A stretch of 64,000 nt of DNA, from NCBI GenBank assembly GCA_963724765.1, contig CAVRVY010000003.1, forward strand, positions 96,001 through 160,000, written 5' to 3'. The position numbers and the translations under genes were made by a program. Below are positions 52,536 through 64,000 of the stretch, piece after piece. The DNA comes from an uncultured delta proteobacterium. Lineage in GTDB: Bacteria > Desulfobacterota > Binatia > Binatales > Binataceae. The notes under the pieces are model-generated. The model worked only from the letters and a program-made list of their open reading frames with translations, searched no databases and was not told where the DNA came from. The first letter of the stretch is position 1. Each line of letters starts with the position of its first letter.

Positions 52536-54824
52536 CTAACCCAGAGGGCACGCCGTTGTCTGATGCCGGCGGAGCTCGTGCTGTCGGCCGTTCACTAACA
52601 GCGTCATTGAGTCGTCTGTTTCCAATGTTGCTTGGAGAAGGCGATCCTGACCGTCGATCCTGATCTTCAGGCGGCGGCCACGCCACTCAATTCCAAAACT
52701 CAGGCTTCGCCAACTCGCAGGCAGTTTGGGGTCAAGGGCGAGCCCATCAGTTCGTAGTGACAGCCCGGCGAAGCCAAATACCGCCGTCAACCAGGTACCT
52801 CCGAGAGCAGCCATGTGCAGCCCTCCGGCGATCGCCGTGTGCGTATCGGCGAGGTCTATCGCCACGGCGTGCTGGAAATAGCGCAATGCCATCTCGGAAT
52901 AACCCAGCCTGGCCGCAACCAGCGCATGCATGGCGCCGCTGAGCGAACTACCGTGGCTGCAGCGCGGTTCGTAGTAGCGAAAGTTCGCCGCTGCGCTGTC
53001 ACCGGGGAATTCCTCCGGCAGCAACCCGAGGAGAGCTACAACGTCGGCTTGCTTGATCACTTTAGTCCGTTGCGTCCGCTGTCGTCCGAGTACGACGTCC
53101 ATGGGCACAGAGCGGCCCTCGTAAGCCGAAAGATCGATGTCCTCAAGGCCGAAGAACCCTGCGAATTGCTCGAACAGCCCAGTTTGCGGACTCCAGCCGG
53201 TCGCCATCGTCTGTGCCACGGTCCGCCACTGCGCGAGTTCGGTATCGGTCAAGCCAAGACGTGATGAGAAGCCGGCCCAGTGGTCGGGCCAGCGTTCCCG
53301 CAATATTGCGGCCACATCCAGCGCCCGCCGGATGTTCCAGCGCGCCATCACATTGGTGAACGCGTTGTCGTCGATTTGCTCGTGATACTCGTCCGGTCCG
53401 ATCACACCGCGGATGTGGCAGTAGCCGTCAGGTTCCGGTTGAGCGCGGCTCGACCAGAACCTGCCTGTCTCGAGGATGATCTCGGCCCCGGCGTCTAGCA
53501 GAAATTGTTCGTCTTTAGTCGCCTCCCAGTACTGCCAGACCGCGTACGCGATGTCTGCGGTAATGTGCTGCTCCTGCTTCCCGCAAAGAACATCCACAAT
53601 ATGACCATCGGGACAGACAACCTGCTGAGGAGTCGCTTCCGCACCGCTATCGGCGGATTCCCAGGCGTACATGGCGCCACGCCAACCCATCGCGGCCGCC
53701 TTCGCCCGCGCTCCATCGATGGTCCAAAAACGATACATGAGCAGCGCACGGGCCGCTTCTGGCCAGGTCAATGTATAGAACGGCAGCAGATAGATTTCGG
53801 TATCCCAGAACACGTGCCCGTTGTAGTCTTCGCCAGTTAGCCCACGCGCTCCGATGGAAACGCGCTCGTCGGCTGGGTTGGCCGCGCTAGTGAGGTGGTA
53901 CACGGCGAAGCGCAACGCCTGCTCCGCGGCCGGGGCTCCCCCGATTTCGATTTGGCTTCGCTGCCATCGCTCTGCCCAAGCTGCCTCGTGTTCCTGGACA
54001 ACCTTGTTCCAGCCGAGCCGTTTGGCTGCTCCAAGCTTCTCCGAAGCAACTGGCCCAGGGTCCGCATCGTGCGTGTCGCCTCTCGCTACCGCAATCAACC
54101 GCACAAGGCGCACTGTCTGGCCGGGGCGAGTCTTCCAGTGCCAGGACCACGCAAACGGTCCGGGCTTGGCCGGCGCGATGTCGGTGCCGTCGATCTGCAA
54201 CGAGGAGGCAGCGGCGACGGCGAGGCGTTTGCCCGAATACCTGGTCCGCCAGGTGCCGAGGTCTTGCTCCAGACGCTCGGTCACTAGCCCGAGACCTAGC
54301 CCTTCGAACGATGCTTCCAGGGTGAGCTCGATTTTCCCTTCCTCGATTTCCAAATTCACCACGTGGAGTCCGATCGCGCGCTCTCGTAATGATACGAGGC
54401 GCAGCGTTCGTGCGCGGACGGCTACAGTCGGGTGGTCGGCCAGCCGACCTCCGGTGAGCAATACGCCTCGTCGCATGTCGAGCGTCGCGCTGGGGGAGGT
54501 GACTTCCGAAAGGTCGTGGACGAGCGGTTCGCCAGTGGTAATGATGCGCACCTGCAGCCAGCCCGGGGCGGCGAGGAGTCTCGGTATCGGGTGATCAGGG
54601 CCCGTGGTGTCGAACAGACCGGCAATATAGGTGCGATGGGGCTCGATCCAGCGCCATCCGTGACCGACAGCGGGTCCTCCTCGAACCCCGAGGAAGCCGT
54701 TGCTCGTAGCAAAGCGTGCCTCGTAGATCTCTTCGCGAACCGGGTCATATCCCCATTTGGCAAGCAACCACGTGGGATCACTCGTGGGTTCGAGCAAGCT
54801 TTCCATCTCAAACAGACCCATCAC
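52536..54824 (-). CDS. Glycoside hydrolase family 65 (disaccharide phosphorylase/hydrolase)
   Basis: GHVFWDTE, GPDEYHE, KQADV, HGSSLS. Confidence 0.95.
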   Translation of the reverse strand: MMGLFEMESLLEPTSDPTWLLAKWGYDPVREEIYEARFATSNGFLGVRGGPAVGHGWRWIEPHRTYIAGLFDTTGPDHPIPRLLAAPGWLQVRIITTGEPLVHDLSEVTSPSATLDMRRGVLLTGGRLADHPTVAVRARTLRLVSLRERAIGLHVVNLEIEEGKIELTLEASFEGLGLGLVTERLEQDLGTWRTRYSGKRLAVAAASSLQIDGTDIAPAKPGPFAWSWHWKTRPGQTVRLVRLIAVARGDTHDADPGPVASEKLGAAKRLGWNKVVQEHEAAWAERWQRSQIEIGGAPAAEQALRFAVYHLTSAANPADERVSIGARGLTGEDYNGHVFWDTEIYLLPFYTLTWPEAARALLMYRFWTIDGARAKAAAMGWRGAMYAWESADSGAEATPQQVVCPDGHIVDVLCGKQEQHITADIAYAVWQYWEATKDEQFLLDAGAEIILETGRFWSSRAQPEPDGYCHIRGVIGPDEYHEQIDDNAFTNVMARWNIRRALDVAAILRERWPDHWAGFSSRLGLTDTELAQWRTVAQTMATGWSPQTGLFEQFAGFFGLEDIDLSAYEGRSVPMDVVLGRQRTQRTKVIKQADVVALLGLLPEEFPGDSAAANFRYYEPRCSHGSSLSGAMHALVAARLGYSEMALRYFQHAVAIDLADTHTAIAGGLHMAALGGTWLTAVFGFAGLSLRTDGLALDPKLPASWRSLSFGIEWRGRRLKIRIDGQDRLLQATLETDDSMTLLVNGRQHELRRHQTTACPLG

Positions 54825-55555
54825 GCCGCACGACGACTGAGCCGGCCGGCCGCCAGCTCGTCCACGGCGATTTCATCGAGGCTTGTCACTACCACATCGG
54901 CGCCGGCCGCCCGCAGCACATCGGAATCGTTAAGCCGGGCAACCCCGAGCACTATCATGCCGCCGGCACGCGCCGCCTCGACTCCGGCTGGCGCGTCCTC
55001 GACCACGAAGCATTTTGCAGGCGGCAGTTTCAGCTCTGCGGCGGCCAACAGGAAGATTGCCGGATCCGGCTTGCCCCGGGGCAGATCGCGTCCGCAGACG
55101 TTAACGGTGAACATGTCCAGTAAACTCCCGCCGGTTTCCAGGGATATCGCCTGCATCATCTGATTGGCATTGTGCGAAGATGAGGCCACGGCCATTGGCC
55201 AGCCCAGCTCGTGAACGGCCTGAACGAAGCGGATGGCGTCAGGGAAAGCAGCGAAATCCCTGGCATGGATCAGCTCCTCGAGCCTTTTCTGCTTGCATTC
55301 GGCGTAAGCGAAGGCGCGCTGTTTGGCGGCTGGTACTCCCAAAGCCTCCAGAACGGCAATAGCGCCGCTGAGCCGCGGTTTGCCCGCGACACGACTCTCG
55401 TAGAGTTCGGTGGTCAGACGCTCTGGATCAGCGAAGCCCCCAAGCGCCTCCCGCCACGCCCGCTCATGGGGCGACGCCAGCAGGACACCATCGACGTCAA
55501 AAATGGCCGCCGCCAAGCTACATTTGGTTGTTTTCAAATCGGCCAAGGACATCAC
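54821..55555 (-). CDS. HAD hydrolase, beta-phosphoglucomutase-like
   Basis: FDVDGVL, ASSS, GKPDP, VEDA..G; coupled to the GH65 gene. Confidence 0.88.
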   Translation of the reverse strand: MMSLADLKTTKCSLAAAIFDVDGVLLASPHERAWREALGGFADPERLTTELYESRVAGKPRLSGAIAVLEALGVPAAKQRAFAYAECKQKRLEELIHARDFAAFPDAIRFVQAVHELGWPMAVASSSHNANQMMQAISLETGGSLLDMFTVNVCGRDLPRGKPDPAIFLLAAAELKLPPAKCFVVEDAPAGVEAARAGGMIVLGVARLNDSDVLRAAGADVVVTSLDEIAVDELAAGRLSRRAA

Positions 55556-57750
55556 TTTTGAGTCTCAGCTTTGTCACGGCGGGGGCGCACGAGAACAACA
55601 ACTGACCTAGCGGCCACTTTGTAGCGTACCGACGACAGTGACTCGCCGTGGTCTGTCTCGGAGATGTCTTCCGGCGCGCTGCGAGAAGTGTCGATTGCCT
55701 TAAGCCAATCCTCCACGGCTCCCTCTTGGACGATGAAATCAAGATCTTGCCAAAATGCATTGATCATTACATACAAATCGTCATCACCGACCTGTGACCC
55801 GCTCAAGAAAAAAGCCAGTGTATGGGAATCGTGGGAAAGATCAGGTTGCCCAGTGACTCCGTACCAGCGTACGTCGTCCGCCCAGAAACCACTGCGCCCG
55901 ATCGAGGGATGGCGCTTGCGAAAAGCGATCATATGCTTGAAGAATCGGAAAATATCCCGGTTCAGCTCAAGACGGCCCCAATCGAGCCAGACAGTTTCAT
56001 CGTCCCTCCTGTATGGGTTGGGATCGCCGCGCTGGGTATTCATGAATTCATCCCCTGCTCGGAACATCGGGGTTCCGTTCGCAAGCATCAGAAGAGAGAA
56101 GAAGTTCTTCACCTGACGCTTGCGAAGCGCAATCACATCTTCGGGAACATCCGAGTCACCTTCCCAGCCACAGTTCCAGCTCCCTTGGCTATCGTTGGTG
56201 TAGGAGACGAGGTCATTCAGGGACATGCCGTCGTGGCAGGTTACAAAATTCACACTTTGTGACGGACGAGAGGCATTCGCGAGATCATCCGGAAACAGGT
56301 CGGTGCTACCATAGAGCCTGGTCATGACAGCTGAAACCAGTCCGTTATCGCCTTTGACGAAACCACGGAGGTCGTCGCGAAATTTCCCGTTCCACTGCTG
56401 CCAGCCCAGCCCTGGAAACGAACGGCCCAGCACATACCCGCTACCAGGCTCGCCTTGCCAGGGTTCCGCTATCAATCGGACGTTTTTGGCGAAATAGCCG
56501 GTGATTTCTGCGATGATGGCGGGATCGTGGTAATTTAGGGAGCCGCTGCTGTCGCGCATGAAGATCGAGGCGAGGTCGAAACGAAACCCGTCTACGCCGA
56601 TCTCGGTGGCCCAATAATGCAAACTGTCAAACACTAATTTGCGAACCAGTGGGTGGGCATTGCGCAGATCATTGCCGCACGCGCTGAAGTTCACGTACTG
56701 GCTCAAATCGTTCGGGTCGAGTGCGTAATATGTCGAATCGTCAATGCCTCGGAAACTATACGTAGGACCACTCCGGTCGCCTTCCGTGGTATGGTTGTAG
56801 ACGACGTCTAGTATCACCTCGATTCCGGCGCGATGAAGAGCCTCCACCATTTCTCGAAATTCGCCGGGCGCAGCATGAGCGTCAGCGTTTTCTGCGTATA
56901 AGTGGTGCGGAGCGAAGAAGCCCAGGGGCATATACCCCCAGTGACTTCCCTCTTGCGGATCGCACTGATGAACCGGCATGAGCTCGACAGCGGTGACCCC
57001 AAGCTCTTTGAGATAGGGGACCATAGCACCGACGCCCGCGTATGTCCCGCGAGTTGGGTCATCCAGCTTACAGCTTGAATGTCTCGTGAAGTTGCGCACG
57101 TGCAGCTCGTAGATTACCGAATCATGAGTGTGTCGCAGCACACCTGTTTGCGCAGCCACAGCTTCGAAAGTTCTGTCGGGCAGAATACCTAGGGGAGCCT
57201 TGCCGTCATTCGGACCCGGCGCACACGCTGCTCTGCGGCTGAAATCGGGTGGTAGAAAGATCCGACGGGCATACGGATCGAACAGTATTTTGCTATCGTC
57301 GAAACGATCTCCCGTCACTGGATTGAACGGACCGTCAAGTTTGTAGGCATAGTACCTCGCCTCTCCGATTTCTGCGGCAGGCACCAACATGTGCCAGACT
57401 CTCGACGTCTTGTTGGTCGGAAAACTAAATCGATATACCTTCGCCGGGATGGTGAAATTCGGCTCTTGATAGAGGAGAAGCGACGCCGACGTGGCGTTCT
57501 TGGAATAGATGGAGAAGTTGTAAGCCTGCTCCGACGCAAACCATGTAGCTCCGAGCGGCAATGCGGAACCTTCTACGCGGCTCCAGTTGTCGAGGGTGAT
57601 GCGATTTTGGTTTGAGGACATGTCCTCTGGCTTCCAATGGATTCGTTTGTCAGTGGTCTGCATAACCTGGGGTTTGAGCCCCTTCTCTAACGCCTTGCCA
57701 TTATGCGGCCCCGGCGCCGCGATAATGGATGGCCCCGGCGAAGCTGACAA
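55552..57750 (-). CDS. glgX: Glycogen debranching enzyme/isoamylase (GH13); true start probably ~57621-57663
   Basis: DVVYNHT, DGFRFDLA, IAEPW, FVTCHDG. Confidence 0.92.
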   Translation of the reverse strand: MSASPGPSIIAAPGPHNGKALEKGLKPQVMQTTDKRIHWKPEDMSSNQNRITLDNWSRVEGSALPLGATWFASEQAYNFSIYSKNATSASLLLYQEPNFTIPAKVYRFSFPTNKTSRVWHMLVPAAEIGEARYYAYKLDGPFNPVTGDRFDDSKILFDPYARRIFLPPDFSRRAACAPGPNDGKAPLGILPDRTFEAVAAQTGVLRHTHDSVIYELHVRNFTRHSSCKLDDPTRGTYAGVGAMVPYLKELGVTAVELMPVHQCDPQEGSHWGYMPLGFFAPHHLYAENADAHAAPGEFREMVEALHRAGIEVILDVVYNHTTEGDRSGPTYSFRGIDDSTYYALDPNDLSQYVNFSACGNDLRNAHPLVRKLVFDSLHYWATEIGVDGFRFDLASIFMRDSSGSLNYHDPAIIAEITGYFAKNVRLIAEPWQGEPGSGYVLGRSFPGLGWQQWNGKFRDDLRGFVKGDNGLVSAVMTRLYGSTDLFPDDLANASRPSQSVNFVTCHDGMSLNDLVSYTNDSQGSWNCGWEGDSDVPEDVIALRKRQVKNFFSLLMLANGTPMFRAGDEFMNTQRGDPNPYRRDDETVWLDWGRLELNRDIFRFFKHMIAFRKRHPSIGRSGFWADDVRWYGVTGQPDLSHDSHTLAFFLSGSQVGDDDLYVMINAFWQDLDFIVQEGAVEDWLKAIDTSRSAPEDISETDHGESLSSVRYKVAARSVVVLVRPRRDKAETQK

Positions 57751-58030
57751 AATGGGTCGACGGCCAGAATTGCATTATTCGCTGCAAAGTGTCGGGCATA
57801 CTGCCTAGCGGCGTCGTACTGCCGGACAGGAGACTCAGAAGGATGAAGACCGGCTGCGGCATCGAGCTGATCTGCGAAGCGATCATTATGCTCAGGGAGG
57901 TGATCGAAGAGAGATAGACCGCCACTCCGCCTGCGAACAGCGCCAACGAACCGGCGATCGGCACGCCAAGCAGACCTTTTACGACAAAAATCAATGACAA
58001 CACCGCAGCGCTGACGATCACGAGAAGCCC
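57705..58030 (-). pseudogene. Internal fragment of a YhhJ-like ABC permease
   Basis: GSLALFAGG, LLSGSTTPLGSMP..LQRIMQFWPSTHFV..IHYRGAG. Confidence 0.7.
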
Positions 58031-58034
58031 TCGG

Positions 58035-58165
58035 GCAGGGTATTCCCGTGCGGCTCAGGTTGTGCGTCGTTTCTCCAAGCGAGGCGTTGTTCCCGCCCAG
58101 TTGGCGGACATTGGAAGAAGCCGGATCGGAGAACCAGATAACTGGACGAGTCCCTGCGGACATAC
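58035..58165 (-). pseudogene. PEP synthase N-terminal fragment
   Basis: VIWF...LGGNNASLGETTHNL..GIP resembles the PpsA GGKNASLGEM motif. Confidence 0.55.
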
Positions 58166-58207
58166 TCTGTTCCTCCGTGAACCTACGAGCTTCTGGCAAA
58201 TGCCTAT

Positions 58208-58323
58208 GCCATGAAGGTGATTGTCTTACGGAAGCGCGCCAGCGCGACACCGAACAAGATCGAACCAATCAGGCCGAGCGCGGCAAATTGTTTCCAAACC
58301 AGCGAGAATCCAGCGCCACGGAA
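58208..58323 (-). repeat. Near-identical duplicate of the yhhJ 3' end (58816-58931)
   Basis: gccatgaaggtgattgtcttacggaagcgcgccagcgcga...gcgcggcaaattgtttccaaaccag occurs twice. Confidence 0.9.
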
Positions 58324-58329
58324 TTCTGA

Positions 58330-58767
58330 TCATGGCACCACGAGTACAAGAGAGGGTGCCAGTGACACCAGCTTCTGAGATACGCTCCCTAACAGTAATC
58401 CCGCTAGCTGCCCTCGTCCTCTCCGTCCGACTACTATGATGTCGGTCCGTTCCCGTCGAGCCATGTCCATAATGGCTTCCGCCACGTCACCGGAACCAGA
58501 CGATGTTCGCACCTTTGCTACCCCGATACTCTCGGCCCGTTCTTTAGCTTCGACCAAAATGCGTGTTTCCAGCAATTCCAACCCTTCATCAACTCCTCCC
58601 TCGGCTCGCGCCAATTCGCTCCATTTTGCTGGAGGAAGAGTATTCTCAGGAAGAGTGAGAATCAGCAAGTCGCAATCCAAAGCCTTTGCCATTTCGGCAG
58701 CAGCGGTCACAGCACGACTACCGCCAGACGATCCATCTGTCGCCACCAACATTCGTGATATTGGCAT
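58330..58767 (-). CDS. Universal stress protein
   Basis: LVATDGS, DIIVVGRRGRG..LLGSVSQKL. Confidence 0.93.
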   Translation of the reverse strand: MPISRMLVATDGSSGGSRAVTAAAEMAKALDCDLLILTLPENTLPPAKWSELARAEGGVDEGLELLETRILVEAKERAESIGVAKVRTSSGSGDVAEAIMDMARRERTDIIVVGRRGRGQLAGLLLGSVSQKLVSLAPSLVLVVP

Positions 58768-58811
58768 TTGTTATTCCATGGCACGAGCTATTCTTTTTTT
58801 CCAGCCCCCGT

Positions 58812-60029
58812 TCACGCCATGAAGGTGATTGTCTTACGGAAGCGCGCCAGCGCGATACCGAACAATACAGAGCCAATCACGGCGAGCGCGGCAAATTGTT
58901 TCCAAACCAGGGAGAATCCAGCGCCACGGAACAGGATAGCTTGTCCCAGCGTGACCAAGTGAGTCGTCGGCGCGGCGAGCATCACAATTTGTACGGGCTC
59001 GGGCATGCTCTCTCGCGGAGTGAAGCCGCCCGACAACAACACTAGGGGGAGCAGCACCAGGATCATCAGTAAGCCGAATTGCGGCATGGAGCGAGCGAAG
59101 GTCGCCAAGAAGATACCGAGGGTCGTAGTGGCAAAAAGTTCAATCCCGGCACCGGCCAGAAAAAGCGCGATTGACCCCTCGAGCGGAACCGACATCGCTA
59201 TGTGTACTACAAATACGAGAGACAATCCGCAGACCGCGAGCACGACCAGGGCCATCGACCAGATTTTGCTCGTCATAATCTCGAACGGGGTGACCGGCAT
59301 CACGAGCAGATGCTCTACCGTGCCGTGCTCGCGCTCACGAATGAGAGCGGCGCCGGTAAGGACAATCGAGAGCATCGTAACCTCGTTGATGATTTCGCAC
59401 ACCGCGCCAAACCATAGCCTTTCGAGATTCGGATTGAAGCGCACGTATAGGGCAAGATCGGGCACTTCCACCCCGCTCTGCGGCCAATCTTTGGACTCAG
59501 TCGAACGTCCCACATAGGCACCCGCGGTGATGGCTCGACCGGATGGGGGATAACCCGCGGGTTGCGTGCCGGCGGGCTTGTAGTGCTTTACGAAGGCGTC
59601 GACCTCGGCACTGATGATGTTCTGAATATACCCGCCCCCGGTGAACGCCTGATGCATGCGTGTCGCATCAACGTTGAGTTGGACTCGAGGGTTTCGCCCC
59701 GCCATGACATCGCGCTCGAAGTCCGGTGGGATGTCCACGGCGAAGGTATCAGACCCGGCGTCCATCCGTGCATCCATTCGATCCCGGCTGATAAGCGCGG
59801 GTCGCATAAACTGGGGCGGGAAAAAAGCATCAATGATCCGCGCGGAAAGCTGCGACTGATCCTCGTCCACAATCGCGATCGGAACCTTGCTGAGCGTTTC
59901 CGGTATCGACTTGCCCACCGCGTAAACTGAAAGGGTAAACGCCCATGTAATAAGGGCTATCATGACCGGGTCATGGGCCAGGCTGCGAAGTTCCTTGATG
60001 CCAAGATTCCAGATGTTCGCCAGGCGCAT
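58812..60029 (-). CDS. yhhJ: ABC-2 permease YhhJ-like
   Basis: NLGIKELRSL, IREREHGTVEHLLVMP. Confidence 0.9.
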   Translation of the reverse strand: MRLANIWNLGIKELRSLAHDPVMIALITWAFTLSVYAVGKSIPETLSKVPIAIVDEDQSQLSARIIDAFFPPQFMRPALISRDRMDARMDAGSDTFAVDIPPDFERDVMAGRNPRVQLNVDATRMHQAFTGGGYIQNIISAEVDAFVKHYKPAGTQPAGYPPSGRAITAGAYVGRSTESKDWPQSGVEVPDLALYVRFNPNLERLWFGAVCEIINEVTMLSIVLTGAALIREREHGTVEHLLVMPVTPFEIMTSKIWSMALVVLAVCGLSLVFVVHIAMSVPLEGSIALFLAGAGIELFATTTLGIFLATFARSMPQFGLLMILVLLPLVLLSGGFTPRESMPEPVQIVMLAAPTTHLVTLGQAILFRGAGFSLVWKQFAALAVIGSVLFGIALARFRKTITFMA

Positions 60030-60032
60030 CGC

Positions 60033-62864
60033 TTAAGTCTCCTGCTTCTTCAGCAGCAGCGTGGTCGCGGCGACCATTACCAGCCCAGCCAGCAGCAATG
60101 GGATATAGAACGCTCGCAGGTCCCAGAAGCCCAGTGCCTTTGAAAAAGTTCCTCGTGAAATCTGGATGTAATAAGTAGTGGGATAGATTGCGCCGATGAA
60201 CTTTCCGAATCCTCCCAGGCTGGATACCGGGTCGAGAACTCCGCAGAACTGCATGGCTGGTACAAGTGTTAGTATCGCAGCTCCAAAGATTGCTGCGATC
60301 TGACTTCGAGTGAAGCTGGATATCAGCAGCCCAAACGCGGTGGCGGCGTTCACATATAACAGGCTCCCTATTGCCAGCGCCAGGAAACTGCCCTTGAGAG
60401 GCACCCCGAACACCGTGATTCCCATCAATAGCAGCAGCACAAAATTCACCATCGCGATGGCTACATACGGAAGCTGTTTGCCAAGCAGGAACTCAAGCCG
60501 GGTTACCGGGGTAACGTAGAGATTGACGATGGAGCCGAGCTCCTTTTCCCGCACCACACTGAGAGCGGCCAGCATCGCGGGGATCATCATCAGCAGCAGC
60601 GGGATCACTGCGGGAACCATGGCCGGCAGGCTCCGGACATCCGGGTTATAGCGGTAACGAATTTCGACCGTGGCTAGAGTGCCCTCGGGAGACATCCCTG
60701 GTGTCTTCTCGGAGGAAACCCCTGGAATATGCGAGACACGACCTTGCATATTGGCCAGCCATTGCGAATGTACAATCTGAACATAGCTGCGGATGGTCTC
60801 GCCGCGGGTAGGATTGGCGCCGTCGATCCAGGCTCCGATCCGCGCAGTTCGACCACGGGCCAGATCGCGTCCGAAATGCGGCGGAATTTCGAGCGCGAGA
60901 CTCAGCTCGCCTGAACGCATACGCCGGTCCAGCTCTGCATAGTCGCGAATCGGACCGTGCTCGATGAAATAACGTGGTGAGCCGATGAATTGAAGCGCGT
61001 AGTTATTACTAGTCTCGGTTTGATCCCGATCGAGTACAGCAAATGACAGGTGCTCCACGTCCAGGGTGATGCCATACCCCATGACGAGCATAAGGATGAG
61101 GGTGCCGAGCAGCGCCAGCGCCGCGCGCATCGGATCGCGCCGCAGCTCGAGCGACTCGCGGCGCGTATAACTGAACATCCGCCCAAAATCGAAACCGGAA
61201 CGGGGCCTTGCTTCTTGCGCTTCCGACAAACCCTGTTCAGGCGCTCGAGTGCTGGCCGAGACCGCGGGCTTGGATGATACCGCAGGCTTGGATGAGGAAG
61301 GGGGCTGGCCTTTCACGCCAGTCGCTTCTTCGAGATAGGAGATAAAGGCATCCTCCAGTGTTGCTGCTCCGCGCTTCTTAACCACTGCGCTGGGAGCATC
61401 ACTGACCAGCACCCGCCCGGCATTCATTAAGGATATGCGATCACAGCGCTCGGCCTCGTTCATGAAATGCGTCGAGACGAAGATGGTGACCTGGTCGCGG
61501 CGCGAAAGCTCGAGCAGAATTTGCCAGAACCCGTCACGCGCGACAGGATCGACCCCGGAAGTGGGCTCGTCCAGGATCAGCATCTCCGGGTGATGGATCA
61601 TCGCCACTGCCAGCGAGAGGCGTTGGCGTTGGCCCATCGGCAGCGCGGACGGAAACGCGTCTATCACCGACGCCAGATCGAACCGCTTCACCATCTCCTG
61701 AACGCGCGCCAGGATCATCTCAGCGGGGACCTGGAAAAGGCGCGCGTGAAGCTCGAGGTTCTGGCGAACGGTCAATTCGGTATAGAGCGAGAAGGCCTGC
61801 GACATGTAACCGACCCGGCGACGGGTAGCGAGGTCGTTTGGATCGAGGAGCTGGCCGAATAACCGAGCTTGCCCCTCGGTGGGTGCGAGCAGCCCGGTCA
61901 TCATTTTCATCGTGGTCGTCTTGCCACAACCATTGGAGCCGAGGAATCCGAAAATTTCGCCACGTTCAATATTGAAGCTGACATGATCGACGGCCGTAAA
62001 GTCGCCGAACCGCATCGTCAGGTCCTTGGCTTCAATGGCGACGGCGCCGCCTTCCGTCACCCGACGCGGCTTAATCTCCACCGCGCGATGGCCGCGCCGT
62101 TTTTCTTCGGGTAGCAGTTCGATAAATGCAGCCTCCAGCGAAGTCGTGCTGGTGCGCGAAAGCAGTTCTTGCAGTGAACCGGTTGCGAGCACGTGACCGG
62201 CGTCCATTGCCATCAGCCAGTCAAACCGCGAGGCTTCTTCCATGTAAGCGGTAGCCACCATGACGCTCATGCCGGGCCGCTCTACCCGGATGCGCGCGAT
62301 CAGTTCCCAGAATTGGCGCCGTGAAAGGGGATCAACACCGGTGGTCGGCTCATCGAGGATGAGAAAATCCGGGTCGTGGATCAGAGCGCAGCACAAGCCA
62401 AGCTTCTGCTTCATCCCGCCGGAGAGCTTGCCGGCTGGGCGGTCGGCAAATGGGGCCAAACCTGTACTTTCCAGGAGCTGGGCAATACGTCGTTGGCGGT
62501 TCTCCTGAGAATGACCGAACAGGCGGCCAAAGAAGTCGATATTCTCGAACACCGACAGCGTTGCGTAGAGATTCCCACCGAGACCCTGCGGCATATACGC
62601 GATGCGCGGACACACCGCCCGGCGATGATCCGCTGAGGCCATGTCTCCGCCGAGCACCATGACCTGCCCGGTCTGTACGGCGTGTGCGCCGGCAAGGAGC
62701 GAAAGCAGGCTTGATTTGCCGACACCATCCGGACCGATCACGCCCACCATGCAATCTGCAGGGACGTCCAGAGTAATGCCATCCAGTGCCTGCGTTCTGC
62801 CATAACGCAGGCTCACGTCGCGAAGCCGGGCGACCGGCGGCACATTCTGGCGACCATTGCTCAT
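60033..62864 (-). CDS. rbbA: RbbA dual-ATPase/permease ABC protein
   Basis: GPDGVGKS and GSNGCGKT NBDs, [10 protein letters not shown]-terminal VREKELGS permease. Confidence 0.93.
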   Translation of the reverse strand: MSNGRQNVPPVARLRDVSLRYGRTQALDGITLDVPADCMVGVIGPDGVGKSSLLSLLAGAHAVQTGQVMVLGGDMASADHRRAVCPRIAYMPQGLGGNLYATLSVFENIDFFGRLFGHSQENRQRRIAQLLESTGLAPFADRPAGKLSGGMKQKLGLCCALIHDPDFLILDEPTTGVDPLSRRQFWELIARIRVERPGMSVMVATAYMEEASRFDWLMAMDAGHVLATGSLQELLSRTSTTSLEAAFIELLPEEKRRGHRAVEIKPRRVTEGGAVAIEAKDLTMRFGDFTAVDHVSFNIERGEIFGFLGSNGCGKTTTMKMMTGLLAPTEGQARLFGQLLDPNDLATRRRVGYMSQAFSLYTELTVRQNLELHARLFQVPAEMILARVQEMVKRFDLASVIDAFPSALPMGQRQRLSLAVAMIHHPEMLILDEPTSGVDPVARDGFWQILLELSRRDQVTIFVSTHFMNEAERCDRISLMNAGRVLVSDAPSAVVKKRGAATLEDAFISYLEEATGVKGQPPSSSKPAVSSKPAVSASTRAPEQGLSEAQEARPRSGFDFGRMFSYTRRESLELRRDPMRAALALLGTLILMLVMGYGITLDVEHLSFAVLDRDQTETSNNYALQFIGSPRYFIEHGPIRDYAELDRRMRSGELSLALEIPPHFGRDLARGRTARIGAWIDGANPTRGETIRSYVQIVHSQWLANMQGRVSHIPGVSSEKTPGMSPEGTLATVEIRYRYNPDVRSLPAMVPAVIPLLLMMIPAMLAALSVVREKELGSIVNLYVTPVTRLEFLLGKQLPYVAIAMVNFVLLLLMGITVFGVPLKGSFLALAIGSLLYVNAATAFGLLISSFTRSQIAAIFGAAILTLVPAMQFCGVLDPVSSLGGFGKFIGAIYPTTYYIQISRGTFSKALGFWDLRAFYIPLLLAGLVMVAATTLLLKKQET

Positions 62865-63964
62865 TGTGGTTGGCTAATTGGCGGTGGCAGCCGAGTCTGC
62901 AGATCGCTGGGCCACTCTGCGTGGGGATCGAGCCGGACATAAGCCATGCCGGGCAGGCCCGTCTTGACCTGGCTGAGGTACTGGCGGAGTAACTCCGGTG
63001 CGATCTGGCCTTTGATCCGGAACGTCAGCTTTTGGCGTTCTTCCGCGGTCTCCACCGTCTTGGGAGTGAACTGGGCGACGTTGGCGACAAAGCTTACTTT
63101 GGCCGGGATGACGAACTGGGGGACGGCGTCGAGTACGATCCGCACGTCGGCGCCAACGGCCACTTGGCCCGCCACTTTGTCGGGCAGGAAGAAGGTCATG
63201 TACACGTCGCTCAGATTGACCAGATTCAGCACACGCCCACCCGCTCCGAGAACTTCGCCCGGCTCCGCGACGCGGTACTGCACGCGTCCGTTCACCGATG
63301 AACGAAGCTGGCTGTCGTCAATATTCGCCTGGATGCGCTGGATGGTCGCTCGTTCTGCGTCCACCTTGGCCCGCGCATCAAGGACTTCGGAGGTGGCCGA
63401 ACCGACAGCAGCGTCGGCAGCTGCGGCTTGCGCCTCGGCCGCACTGACCGCTGCCTCCGCGCTCTTAAAATCTGCGCGAGCGTTATCCAGAGCCTGGACC
63501 GTGACAAAGTCTTTCGGGGCCAGCGCCTGGGTTCGCAGGAAGAGCTTCTGAGCGGCATCAAGCTCTGCTTTTCGTTGCGCTATAACTGCGATTGCGGCGG
63601 TCTTATCGGCGCGCCGTTGCGCTACCTGGCTCTGAGCGGTCGCGACGCCGACAACCGCGCTCTGAAGCTGGGCTTCCGCCTCCCTGCGCTGTGCCATAAG
63701 CACGTCGGTGTCCATTTGGACCAGAAGCTGCCCGGGGCGGACGAGATCGCCTTCGTGCACCGTGACGGTCCGGATACGTTCCGCAATTTTGGCGTCAACG
63801 TCGACCTCGGTCGCTTCGATGCGGCCGTTCCCGCTTGCGAAACCTTCCGGCAAACCTTTCGGTTTAAGAAGCTGCCAAGCCAAAAAAGCAATGGCGCAGG
63901 CGGCGACAATGAGGGTGGTCCTTACCCACCAAGCGCGTTTCTGTAGAAATCCAAAGGATGCCAT
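62861..63964 (-). CDS. yhiI: HlyD-family periplasmic adaptor (YhiI-like)
   Basis: [33 protein letters not shown]. Confidence 0.9.
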   Translation of the reverse strand: MASFGFLQKRAWWVRTTLIVAACAIAFLAWQLLKPKGLPEGFASGNGRIEATEVDVDAKIAERIRTVTVHEGDLVRPGQLLVQMDTDVLMAQRREAEAQLQSAVVGVATAQSQVAQRRADKTAAIAVIAQRKAELDAAQKLFLRTQALAPKDFVTVQALDNARADFKSAEAAVSAAEAQAAAADAAVGSATSEVLDARAKVDAERATIQRIQANIDDSQLRSSVNGRVQYRVAEPGEVLGAGGRVLNLVNLSDVYMTFFLPDKVAGQVAVGADVRIVLDAVPQFVIPAKVSFVANVAQFTPKTVETAEERQKLTFRIKGQIAPELLRQYLSQVKTGLPGMAYVRLDPHAEWPSDLQTRLPPPISQPQ

Positions 63965-64000
63965 GTCAGTTCGCCTCAGACCGCAGCTGAGCGATGTGTT

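Overview
GC-rich bacterial accessory region with heavy insertion-sequence (IS) scarring. Intact or near-intact IS elements: IS5 (TTAG duplication), IS1111-type IS110 with a 3' non-coding region, IS630 and an rve-integrase IS. There are also IS21, IS3 and rve remnants and many spliced gene fragments. The main structure is a pair of mirror-image, capsid-less phage-like modules at about 26.5-34.5 kb and 43.5-48.7 kb. Each has a tRNA-3'-like core, an array of AATTCCCTG/CAGGGAATT boxes with conserved spacing, a Zn-finger gene, and a divergent ParB-methyltransferase > DUF5681 (TerS-like) > terminase large subunit operon. A large serine recombinase (intact in one copy, a possible remnant in the other) points at the core. 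The two copies carry different TerL families and neither has a portal or capsid gene. Also present: a candidate two-gene HEPN-like/helical-sensor defence pair (6.1-9.7 kb), a catalase-related peroxidase with cytochrome b, orphan tadG/tadE/tadE, badI-like/adh/VOC cargo, a GH65/beta-PGM/glgX cluster and the yhiI-rbbA-yhhJ ABC operon. All family calls come from motif recognition by eye; no searches were run.
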